Shown piece after piece: positions 17,401 through 23,662 of a stretch of DNA of 23,840 bases (position 1 is its first letter; each line of letters opens with the position of its first letter). The DNA lies in NCBI GenBank assembly GCA_040081625.1, contig JBEBGD010000087.1, positions 1-23,840 of the forward strand. Direction: 5' to 3'. This stretch comes from Chthoniobacteraceae bacterium. GTDB taxonomy: Bacteria; Verrucomicrobiota; Verrucomicrobiia; Chthoniobacterales; Chthoniobacteraceae. The notes below the pieces were generated by a model. That model was not told where the DNA came from. It did no database searches and saw only the letters and a list, made by a program, of their open reading frames with translations. A program made the position numbers and the translations under genes.

Positions 17401-19469
17401 GTGCCATTGATCGCCACGGAAATATCCCGGATCGGCGTGGTCCCGATCAGGATGTTCCCGAGTAGCGTCGCGATGCCGTTGCCAAGATTGATATCGTAGA
17501 AGCGATAGGCGGACCCGTCCTGGATCGACGCATAGGCTGCCCCGTTTGATCCGATGTCGAACCCGATGTTGTCGCCCGCGGCGACGGCGAAGGCTCCGCC
17601 GTTGAGCAGGCCGACCGGCGTGACCTGCCCGGTTGCCGGATTGATCGTCACGACCGAGTCGCTCGTCGAGTCGATGCCGTAGAGTGTCGTGCTCATGGCG
17701 CCGATGACGTTGTTTGAATAGGCTGCGCCCACGACGCGCGAGCCGCCCGTCAGCGCTGTCCCGGCGGTGAAGCTCGTATAGGCCGAGGCGTTGATCTGGA
17801 TGTTCTGCCGGTCGGCGCCCACGACGCGGATGTTGTCGTTGGTCGGGTCGAAATCGAATCCATAGGCGGCATTGGCCGCGCCGGGATTGCCGCCCGTGAG
17901 CGTCAGTCCGCTGACGGTCGCGATAAGCGTCGCGGTCGCCGTGTTCCCGGAGGCCGGGATCGTGACTTCGTAGATCCGGTTCACGCTGCCGACGGGTGAT
18001 GAACCGGTGGTGCCCATCGCATAGAGCTTCCCGTTCGAGGTGCGGAAATCGAGACCGTGCAGGAGTTCGCCCGTCTGCAATGAGCCGGTGCCCGTCGCGG
18101 GAAACGAATAGGTCGCCTCGATCGTCTCCGGGCTGCCGGGTTGGAAGCGGAGGAGTTGGTTGGATGTATTGAGCGCGTAAACGGTCGCGGGGTCTGCCAA
18201 CGACTGGTGCAGGATATTTCCCACCGCCGAGCCGCCGAGGGTCAGGGTCCGCGGGCCGGTCCCGCTGGCGACTGCCAGGCCGTTGTTGGTCAGGTTCATC
18301 GCGCCGGTGCCGTTCGAGAGGATCGCCCCGCCGCCGGGCCCGAGCGTGAACGCGCGATCCGAAGGCGCCGCGACGCCGACGTAACGCAGCGTGCCGCCGT
18401 CGAAAACAAGGTTGCGAGGGTCGTTGGAGCCCTGCCCGAGGTTGCTCGGCGCGCCGCCGTTGTTGATCGTGCTGATCTGCAGGATGCCGCCCCTGAGGGT
18501 CGTCGAGCCGTTGTAGGTATTAGGCGCCGTCATTGACCATGTGCCGGTGCCGGATTTGATGAGCGAAGTCGGGCTGGAGCCGTCGGCATCGCCGATGGGT
18601 GCCGCGATGTTATTTAGTCCGATATTGGTCCCGGTGAGTGTCAGCGCCCGCGCGCCCGTGAGCGGGGTTTTGACACCGGCTGAAGTGATGCTGAAGCCGA
18701 GGCTCGCGCCGGTGCCGGAAGAGTCGAGGGTGCCGCCGCGGCTCGAGATGGAAAAGGTGCGATTTGTCGAGGCGCCTGTGCCCGTGTAGCGGAAGGTGCC
18801 GCCATCGACTTCGAGGTAGGCGACCGTGCTTGGGAGCCCGAACATATCCAAAGCTGGCCCACCGATGCCGAGCGACGAAGGCTGCGCGAGGTTCGTGATG
18901 TTCGTGATTTCCACCACGCCGTCGAAGATCCGCGTGACGCCCGAGTAGGTGTTGACGAGGTTCGTCAGAGCGAGCGTCCCAGCGCCGTCCTTGAACAGGC
19001 CGTCGGTGCCGAGTATGGGCAGCGACAGGTTCATCGTGCCACTGCTGAGGAGGAAGCCTGCGCCCGGGCCGGCGAGGGTGAGCGAATTGTTGCCACCGGC
19101 GGCCAGTTGATAGCCAGGGACCGTGAACTGCATCAGGTTCACGACGATCGGCGAGCCGAGCGTGATCGTGCCGCCCGTGCCGGAAAAAAACGCGCTGTTG
19201 GGTGTCGCAACGGAATTGGCCCACGGGACGTTCGGCGCTAAGAAGTCGTCGTTCCAAAACAGGCTGGTGGTATTCCAGATGCCGGCGCCACCGCTATTGC
19301 TCTGGTTGCCGGCGGGGTCCCAGAAGAAGGTGTCCGCCTTGCCCATGTGCGGCAGCACCATCGCGATCGCGGTGCTGAGGATGAAAGCGGGCCTCTTGAA
19401 CCGCTTGAGGCGGTTCAGCGCGCGCGAGAGTTTTCTCCGGGCGGAACGGGCGGTGGGGAGCTGGCGCAT
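5412..19469 (-). CDS. Giant secreted protein (4685 aa) with autotransporter-associated beta-strand repeats and a C-terminal PEP-CTERM sorting signal
   Basis: Uninterrupted 14,058-nt ORF rich in G/T/N/S/A. Many L.K.G.GTL.L...NTY.G.T....GTL repeats, an N-terminal signal peptide, and the C-terminus VPEPGSLVALCAGLGTLLGLGRFRRRA. Confidence 0.95.
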   Translation of the reverse strand: MRQLPTARSARRKLSRALNRLKRFKRPAFILSTAIAMVLPHMGKADTFFWDPAGNQSNSGGAGIWNTTSLFWNDDFLAPNVPWANSVATPNSAFFSGTGGTITLGSPIVVNLMQFTVPGYQLAAGGNNSLTLAGPGAGFLLSSGTMNLSLPILGTDGLFKDGAGTLALTNLVNTYSGVTRIFDGVVEITNITNLAQPSSLGIGGPALDMFGLPSTVAYLEVDGGTFRYTGTGASTNRTFSISSRGGTLDSSGTGASLGFSITSAGVKTPLTGARALTLTGTNIGLNNIAAPIGDADGSSPTSLIKSGTGTWSMTAPNTYNGSTTLRGGILQISTINNGGAPSNLGQGSNDPRNLVFDGGTLRYVGVAAPSDRAFTLGPGGGAILSNGTGAMNLTNNGLAVASGTGPRTLTLGGSAVGNILHQSLADPATVYALNTSNQLLRFQPGSPETIEATYSFPATGTGSLQTGELLHGLDFRTSNGKLYAMGTTGSSPVGSVNRIYEVTIPASGNTATATLIATVSGLTLTGGNPGAANAAYGFDFDPTNDNIRVVGADRQNIQINASAYTSFTAGTALTGGSRVVGAAYSNNVIGAMSTTLYGIDSTSDSVVTINPATGQVTPVGLLNGGAFAVAAGDNIGFDIGSNGAAYASIQDGSAYRFYDINLGNGIATLLGNILIGTTPIRDISVAINGTTSLVKTGAGTWTIDRSGTSSGGTYTGTTTIQQGTLTLNFNQTQTPNLNLLSANSPLIMGGGTLAITGKASTANSQTFKGLTLLPGGSAFTAAPGGSGSVTVNLGALSTRPTAATVAFPSSATVNLTASNDATGILGAWATHGGSDWAVVNAGVVGAYTGYIDLAQGGVIANGPTSHVRLNTTGGSGNVSLGATVTTINTLNQNLSTAATVGTTGGTLRLAAVGGVLVGTGLGSLTIGTTAANVGILTAGGTDNTPGELILHNNSSNLLTINSIIANNGSGAVTVENAGTGVTVLNGPNTYTGGTILNAGTLRIGDNRSLSTGAITVNGSTTAPILASSSGIGREIINDLILNSDVAFVDATGTGGFVLRGNINLTGGARAITVNTANGYVTLSGTIMNGSLVKSGLGALALLGTSVSGVTDITLDQGSLDLWSPTAAGSALIFASSGSLSASGAFYAPVMNTIFAGENLSLGRTQVSDGIDLGGLIDLSNSTIISPRVITVAGAQPQQQQRISGTIVSGALSKSGLSDLYITTANSTYEGGTIVAQGSLRLTPTGRLGANAAGNDIYVMQDPNLPGTTVTANTFGILRIESLANVGSNQGVYLNNFTATATPMLGWGPAFDANPDALGFVDYFDINVAPSDTGLGFIRVYSDPLIGTPGPVAIVLDGIRSSFDVIGKVNSGSANLVDVWLGATPLNGTFTGASLAPSASQIYHFGGGGGTLTIERANVLTGLTSLVTGSFDNVARGITGVVFIPKPQDFTGSVTVGSGTTLVVGQDAALGTGTDPITLANGTLNLRTSGYHSTTDTQYAGRTFRFIASSTITIDPLGGGQNGRVQIGALDFSSVVAAPTFTANITNSFDLRVIGPITLLSAAPATPNNNLTTTFTVNSGFVTLEVPVDQTFPFGTGVANFTKAGGGTVIMTQPGSYGGTTTVNGGTLVLTNPNAVSLGPVNLQSGTLSLRSDAGTPTLFNFQAGPTISDFNLTGSAATLYVGPIAPTGIAAYTGTPILVPNLNAGTQTGLTVTGQLGASLRVVGQLTMGANFTLTVNAARTELFGGVAGNFNLTKAGIGTLTLSNVNISTGNTVIAQGTVVANGAATGIVNTFGSGTLSFAGTLSGGVLIAGNRTLAKAVELNSNGGTQVLGGFDAGAKIFSGNIVITSNGDPNTGSPNNSGVVLTADPGGDVSFTGTISGGVGGSVTIGSGSGNVLIPIAGTPALGRGSVIFAPATGTGNTFTLPVVLNNGTLIGQAQATSGSPFGNSTNAITLNQGTLQLNGRGASTTTTNGALTIIGGAQLILNDPNDAFTTTFAVASLTRAGIGALTYIPSGNTGQEIFNVGSGPAPVNGILPPWIVRATSSANGAGDFVALSGGASGSLVTATYSGSGSIDSALVNQVFNVTTGSPLTASRAVYAFKTATTLSLGAFTLRVGDGFTTGANSSGGIILNGGAGISSGVLDFGQSEGVIYVAGAATSAISSAITGAVLPEVRTAANVNNGSSIITGLPDTGRLAPGMQVTGTGVNAFIAAVLSPTSIQLTANATATNTDVNLTFIGSASVNKIGDGTLVLSGANNYRGATVVNRGTLRMGATNALGRWTLAGAQFATGLTISANGTLELNGFDTEAGSLAGSFGAVVNLGGNRLTVGRNNANTTYSGQLLGLGGSTLQKLGAGTLTLDNTRADANATTFAGSILLDQGGLTVVVADGTNGSPFATGNSLPAGLTFTLRGGVLNLRSSGDNTTGGQVLVGGYHLVVTGANSTLSTDRFSTSESNISVELNTLTLGRNSFTVNNANTIVPKVMGTTTLTDSALIIGNQEIVLDGVVTDNGAGYTLVKQGGGNFFVNNPNNNYSGGTVVVGGNLFFGARATDPIRFTGNAFVPNEEARAGTGPIVLETNTIINLNDSSNLAPGQTVRLLSSVLSAGSSSGFVIQSDRPVADYNLRALGRGSLQLGINGGHLNATGDGTYTTALDMSKIGDGQWGLTTGRSVETLYIPSTLGAGSGNVFRFYGSSGAALVLTESNVLTGTATVELGRPLTDLGANPGNSNASIRLQLGQNYSGNTLIHRAANAAGASAALLDFRGTLASPTLEVYGRLFATGAGTFTNAAGAQVNNVVLRPGGELRLDYNNNTSNATSFLVPLGTTSATGFTNKWADTQPIVIDGATLRVSSASGSLSTEIIGAVTYKGGAEIFPESIGTGGNSVVIINGALTRVNLGTLAFRSASGQLGVSGEPGTNAGQRIVFGTPAQAAASGVARQVVASGPAIGTVVSMVPPRFFSNTANTFVDYAPNTVLGFSDVPFRTVNAATFNASGANNGTEIIDHVTTDATTIGAGIDIWALKTNVEIGDRTTTNSITIRSGGLAVTDAGTVYAPLLFRNGATTQEADIWAITGTVVLRGTVTAQNLVKTGAGTLVISANNTGTLMGTIQVNGGTLVLGGANPNPVVGQPDIIISAAQALGSATDLRLHAGNFNNAGNQMPQVNLLSNTAATYNQSITISEFVPFATINVDRVSTTGTNQGLTVSGNLTIEGGGSDGTVLAFTNGNDFDFTSSGVTTFGLPGNTARIGISVTNNNGTNNVTFSGRVTGPAPVVKTGNGPLILRYTNAANPQNDFTGGLTLNAGTLQLRNDTATTALTIAGTGSAAGIVINGGTLQLISDTTNTNFASNSGNSLTIRGQAVVQIDRVGANTPLLILGGDTATFTTQNSPNIHIQTASGTVTGGVWAGKTVIHDSPTFNLASTSFQLGNAAGGDSISGSGHIYKTGNNALIFNSGGANNFTGGLDIFQGQVRAITATDTFGTGAIRISPAGVLGVFNAANVTSNLQVANFHSNSTALAGIAIRFNGLAATSFLDASRITTAAGNGGLLAIDTTVTNVNPINMGTLYDGNWFLGSTSGGTYQAALTVGADSTYRLGGGGNTLTLSTTQNILTGATKALFGKPNALAGNGTVVINISNNYTGGTTISRVRDVAGNFTVSQVNIQQGFNLAPLGSGAVDVFGNFQIESGAGSAVSNISGNRNAFTFHPGARLIISNTTNYGGLSGTAGRWDDAAAIALRSSGLEMLASTSGGNQYNSETVGAVSFAGGSELRAVRGSTTSDVQLIINGTLTRVGTGTLTVNHTAGALGINSFASGVGAEGINVNNTTGLIDANGMVKPFIVSRADSQFLKYDPSLGLQTVTQTTPLADYIGTTTTTLDAGISTKLTNGTAILSYDSTTAATLGANLDLWALRTQGDINPSANNQFNQITIRSGGLTNYTGTARTINVNLIFGTAATPAEALIHASASNLTINSLITASNITVFGTNGVTINQDQTNFTGTWNVNQGQLIVQTPGALNGRPVNLNGWTGNTGQTQTELRFNHNAGTPDELTFTTGKITATDLNIIRAQTASDRTMRIGAIDLRTTNAVPGTGVPGVIRFQVDASRSLLRTGTITTFDDYVMHVDATSFGPGSTSGVQPDAINNQGSFNLTKLGDGVLILGNNSTTFTGSKTFTVNEGAVKVLTNGSLGAATTTAIIDNGGALEIATPGFTPTGTLIQRSGSIERWSVPGARSGNVTLPAGAHLQIAANQTATQTINLNGGSIMGYVPLDVDENAIFYTLGGNVSVNVVSDSMLGQPYPSGTNLTNNGVNHVYYDMGKQNQPNNPTNPQIFGAVLDIRGTISGATGSETLTKVGLDLIQLSGNNNVNNGFNTNVREGTLVLGSANALPATKALTVSGSGTLDLNGFNATTASLAGSSPFSLIANSAVTTNTLTVAGGTSYAGGLSGNLEFRKTGAADFTLSGPLSHSGPTTAMTGKLILTANATGTTTYRANGGATLDVAGVSGGLQLQPGQKLAGGSGATAGLVQGAVTALTGSSIAPGMDPGQFGILSLDSGLAFQAGSHLQLELTPNNTPGIGFDQVLITGGNITLGGADFGGSTVSGGPFTENAAYYIVLNTGAGTTTGTFAGVPQMAWFDIAGQTFQVNYTADFGGPGGATSMTGNDVALIAVPEPGSLVALCAGLGTLLGLGRFRRRA
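5415..5495 (-). other. PEP-CTERM sorting domain (exosortase target)
   Basis: VPEP motif, hydrophobic helix and basic tail RFRRRA at the extreme C-terminus. Confidence 0.95.
17412..18185 (-). other. DUF4394-like domain inserted in the giant protein (aa ~429-686)
   Basis: YALNTSNQLLRF, GELLHGLDFRTSNGKLYA, YGFDFDPTNDNIRVV, AAYSNN, TTLYGIDS, GFDI and FYDINLGNGIATLLG match recalled DUF4394 motifs (GIDFRP..G.LY, GFDFNP..DRLR, AAYTN, LY.ID, GFDI). Confidence 0.75.
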
Positions 19470-19502
19470 AATCTTCGCGGGAAGGGGAGTTCTGAAGTGG
19501 AG

Positions 19503-19532
19503 CGTCTCTGGTCCAACAGAGAACCGGAGACG
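19503..19532 (-). promoter_or_regulatory. Stem-loop in the 5' leader of the giant gene
   Basis: The minus-strand sequence CGTCTC-C-GGTTC-tctgtt-GGACC-A-GAGACG forms an 11-bp stem (one G-U pair, one mismatch) ending 33 nt before the ATG. Confidence 0.5.
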
Positions 19533-19537
19533 AGTGA

Positions 19538-19566
19538 ATACTTCGTCCGCGCTTCTGTTGCGTCAA
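19538..19566 (-). promoter_or_regulatory. Candidate sigma70-type promoter of the giant gene
   Basis: TTGACG (19566-19561), 17-nt spacer, AAGTAT (19543-19538). The -35 is good and the -10 is weak. Confidence 0.35.
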
Positions 19567-19677
19567 CGGAAGTCTGGCCTCGCGGGCAACTTTTTATCAC
19601 CGCTTTGGACAACTCGACCACGGGGTGAGCCGCTCTGTCGGAAAACGGTCCGGGCACCGCGGTGCCAGTCGCGACTT

Positions 19678-21129
<1,452 letters not shown>

Positions 21130-21144
21130 CTGAACTGGCGCGGG

Positions 21145-21687
21145 TTACTTCTTCGGCCGGGCCTTGACGCTGATGCGTTTCTCCTCGCCGCCTTCGCCTT
21201 CCGCGGGAGCGGCGGGCGCGGGTGCGCTCTTCGCCTTCACGGTCAGCGCAAATTTTGCCGTCACGTCGTGATGCACCTTCACCGGGATCTCGAACTCCCC
21301 GCTCGCCTTGATCGGCTGATCGAGCACGATCTTGTGTCGATCGATCTCGATATTGCCGCCCAGTTCGGCCTTGAGCCGGTCCGCAAGATCCGCCGCCGTG
21401 ATCGCGCCGAACGCCTTGCCGGTGCCGCCGGTCTCCAGCTCGATCGTGACCTTGATCTTGTTGATGCGGCGCGCGAACTCCTGCGCGTCGTTGAGTTCCT
21501 GCGCCTCGCGCTCGGCCCGCTTGGTCTTGAGCGTGTTGAGCCGCGAAAGGTTGAGCTTGGTTTTCTCCAGCGCCTTGCCTTTCGGGATCAGGAAGTTGCG
21601 CGCATACCCGGCGCGCACGCGGACGATGTCCGACTCGGCGCCGAGGTTCTGAATTTTTTCGGTGAGGATAACTTCTTGAAAGGCCAT
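21145..21687 (-). CDS. rplI: 50S ribosomal protein L9, 180 aa
   Basis: MAFQEVILTEKIQNLG..SDIVRVRAGYARNFLIPKGKA, GKAFGAITAAD and PIKASGEF.IPVKVH. ATG at 21687. Confidence 0.97.
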   Translation of the reverse strand: MAFQEVILTEKIQNLGAESDIVRVRAGYARNFLIPKGKALEKTKLNLSRLNTLKTKRAEREAQELNDAQEFARRINKIKVTIELETGGTGKAFGAITAADLADRLKAELGGNIEIDRHKIVLDQPIKASGEFEIPVKVHHDVTAKFALTVKAKSAPAPAAPAEGEGGEEKRISVKARPKK

Positions 21688-21718
21688 GACAGGTGTTGCC
21701 CGGGAAATGCGGGGCGCG

Positions 21719-21747
21719 TTGGTAGTGCAACGCCGGGGGCTTGTCAA
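21719..21747 (-). promoter_or_regulatory. Candidate sigma70 promoter for rplI-dnaB
   Basis: Perfect TTGACA (21747-21742), 17-nt spacer, TACCAA (21724-21719), about 31 nt upstream of the rplI ATG. Confidence 0.55.
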
Positions 21748-21807
21748 ACCGTGCTCCCCGGAAATAATTTTCCCTGCGATTCTCCCGCCCCGGTGGTCAC
21801 TTGGGCC

Positions 21808-22149
21808 ATGCAAAACTTCGCCGTCGCCCAGCTCGACTCGCTCGACCCGCAACGCTGCCCCTGCGGCTGGACGCGCCGCGCTTTCGCCACCGAGAAAGGC
21901 GCCCCCGCGAGCGTCCACGTCGTCGAGATTCTCGAAGACGCCCGCGTCCACTACCACAAGACGATGACCGAGATCTACGTCGTGCTCGAGGGCGAAGGTC
22001 ACATCGAGCTCGACGGCCAGCTCGTCCCCGTCAAGCCGCTCACCTCCGTCATGATCCACCCCGGCTGCCGCCACCGCGCCGTCGGCAAGCTCAAGCTGCT
22101 CAACATCCCCATCCCCGTCTTCGATCCGGGCGACGAGTGGTTCGACTGA
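21808..22149 (+). CDS. Cupin-domain protein, 113 aa
   Basis: Metal-binding cupin motifs HYHKTMTEIYVVLEGEG and IHPGCRHRA. ATG at 21808. This is only the tail of the spurious 19123 ORF. Confidence 0.88.
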   Translation: MQNFAVAQLDSLDPQRCPCGWTRRAFATEKGAPASVHVVEILEDARVHYHKTMTEIYVVLEGEGHIELDGQLVPVKPLTSVMIHPGCRHRAVGKLKLLNIPIPVFDPGDEWFD

Positions 22150-22191
22150 GCGCGCTTGCCACTTCGCCGACTTTCCGACTTCCTCATCCTC

Positions 22192-23574
22192 ATGCGTCTC
22201 CTCCTCCTCTCGCTCGTCCTCGTCCTCCGTGCAGCCGCCGCCGACTTCGGCAAGGCCGCGCCCTTCAAGTCCGGCGACGTCGTCTGCTTCGTCGGCGACA
22301 GCATCACGCACGGCGGCACGTATCACTCCATCGTCACCCTTTATTACGCGACGCGCTTCCCCGACCGCACGCTCACGACCTGGAACTGCGGCATCGGCGG
22401 CGACACCGCATCTGGCATCGTCTCCGACGAAGAGTATCGGCTGAACGTGGACATCCTCGCCCACAAGCCGACGGCGGCGACGATCATGCTCGGCATGAAC
22501 GACGTCGGGCACGGCAACTACCGCGGCGTCACGCCCTCGCCGGAAGTCGATGCGCGGCGCGCGGCGTCCCTCGCCGCTTATGAGGCGGGCATGCAGAAGC
22601 TCATCGGCGTGCTGCAGAAGTCCGGCGCGCGGCTCACGCTCATCACGCCTTCCATCTACGACGAGGCGACGACGCTCGACACCGCGAGCAAGACCATCAG
22701 CGTCGGCGGCCACGCCGCGCTCAGCGGCTTCGCCGAAAAAGTCCGCGCGTGGGCCATGCAATATAAGACCGGCCTAGCCGACTTCGACCGCGTGATGACC
22801 GACATCAACGCGCGCGAGCAAAAGAAAGATCCCACCTTCACCGTAGTCGGCCCGGACCGTGTCCACCCCGGCCCCGTCGGCCATTTTGTGATGGCCTACA
22901 CCTTCCTCAAGGCGCAGGGCGTCCCGCAAGTCGTCGCCACGATCGGCATCGACGCGAAAAAGGGGAAGGCGGGCGCCGCGGTTAATTGCACCATCGGCGA
23001 CGTGAAGGCGGGGCCGACGGGTGTGAACTTCACCTGCACCGAGAAGGCGCTCCCGCTCGTCGTCCCCGACGAAGCGAAGCCCGCGCTCGCGCTCGTGCCC
23101 TTCATGCGCGAGCTGAACGAGCAGAAGCTCCTCATCACCGGCCTCGCCGCCGGCAGCTACGAGCTGAAGATCGACGATCAGCCCATCGGCAACTTCACCG
23201 CCGCCGCGCTCGCCGCCGGCGTGGACCTCGCGGAAAACGACAAGACCCCGCAATACCAGCAGTCCGCCGCCGCGACGAAGATCAGCCAGCAGCGCACCGC
23301 CATCGGCGCACAGCTCCGCGGCCTCGCCTCGCAGCTCTACGGCATGTCGAAGTCGAAGATCGACGTGAGCGACGCCGCGCTCGTGGAAAAGACCTTCGCC
23401 GACCGCCTCGCCGCCAGCACCAAGGACGGCAAGCCCGCCGACGCGCGCCTTCAGGCTGCGCTCGATGCATTCAAGAAACGCGCACAGCTCGAGCAGGACT
23501 ACGTCGCGCTCGCCGCGAAGCTGCGCGAAGCCTGCCAGCCCAAGCCGCACCGCTTCACGCTCACGAGGAAGTAG
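22192..23574 (+). CDS. Secreted SGNH/GDSL hydrolase (esterase), 460 aa
   Basis: Signal peptide MRLLLLSLVLVLRAAAA, block I GDSIT, block II GIGGDT, block III LGMND and block V DRVHP, followed by a C-terminal accessory region. Confidence 0.9.
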   Translation: MRLLLLSLVLVLRAAAADFGKAAPFKSGDVVCFVGDSITHGGTYHSIVTLYYATRFPDRTLTTWNCGIGGDTASGIVSDEEYRLNVDILAHKPTAATIMLGMNDVGHGNYRGVTPSPEVDARRAASLAAYEAGMQKLIGVLQKSGARLTLITPSIYDEATTLDTASKTISVGGHAALSGFAEKVRAWAMQYKTGLADFDRVMTDINAREQKKDPTFTVVGPDRVHPGPVGHFVMAYTFLKAQGVPQVVATIGIDAKKGKAGAAVNCTIGDVKAGPTGVNFTCTEKALPLVVPDEAKPALALVPFMRELNEQKLLITGLAAGSYELKIDDQPIGNFTAAALAAGVDLAENDKTPQYQQSAAATKISQQRTAIGAQLRGLASQLYGMSKSKIDVSDAALVEKTFADRLAASTKDGKPADARLQAALDAFKKRAQLEQDYVALAAKLREACQPKPHRFTLTRK

Positions 23575-23662
23575 CCGCCGGCGCGCGCCGCTGGTTGACG
23601 GGTGAACGCAACGCGGCGCTTCCCTCCGCGCGGTGAGCGGGTAGCGTCGCGGCCCTTTCGCC

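Noticed and set aside
5388..17465. Long plus-strand ORFs (5388-8675, 8949-12221, 12447-14075, 15261-17465) and many short ones
   Set aside because: Antisense shadows of the giant gene. They are Arg/Ala/Val-rich with no motifs, as expected from stop-codon scarcity opposite GC3-rich coding DNA.
17412..18185. Insert as an intein, Hint domain or mobile element
   Set aside because: No N-terminal Cys, no terminal HN, no endonuclease or transposase motifs, and no flanking direct or inverted repeats seen.
5412..19469. CRISPR array, DGR template/variable repeat or DNA tandem repeat (recurrent AGCGTGCCG)
   Set aside because: The recurrent 9-mer is simply the reverse complement of Gly-Thr-Leu codons at irregular spacing. 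There are no cas or reverse transcriptase genes and no long near-identical DNA pair was seen.
19470..19677. Known riboswitch (e.g. c-di-GMP-I) or tRNA
   Set aside because: I could not find the conserved motifs or a cloverleaf by eye. An Rfam scan would be needed to exclude it fully.
21688..22761. N-terminal extension of L9 (538-aa ORF)
   Set aside because: Antisense to the cupin and SGNH genes. L9 homology begins at ATG 21687, with a promoter just upstream.
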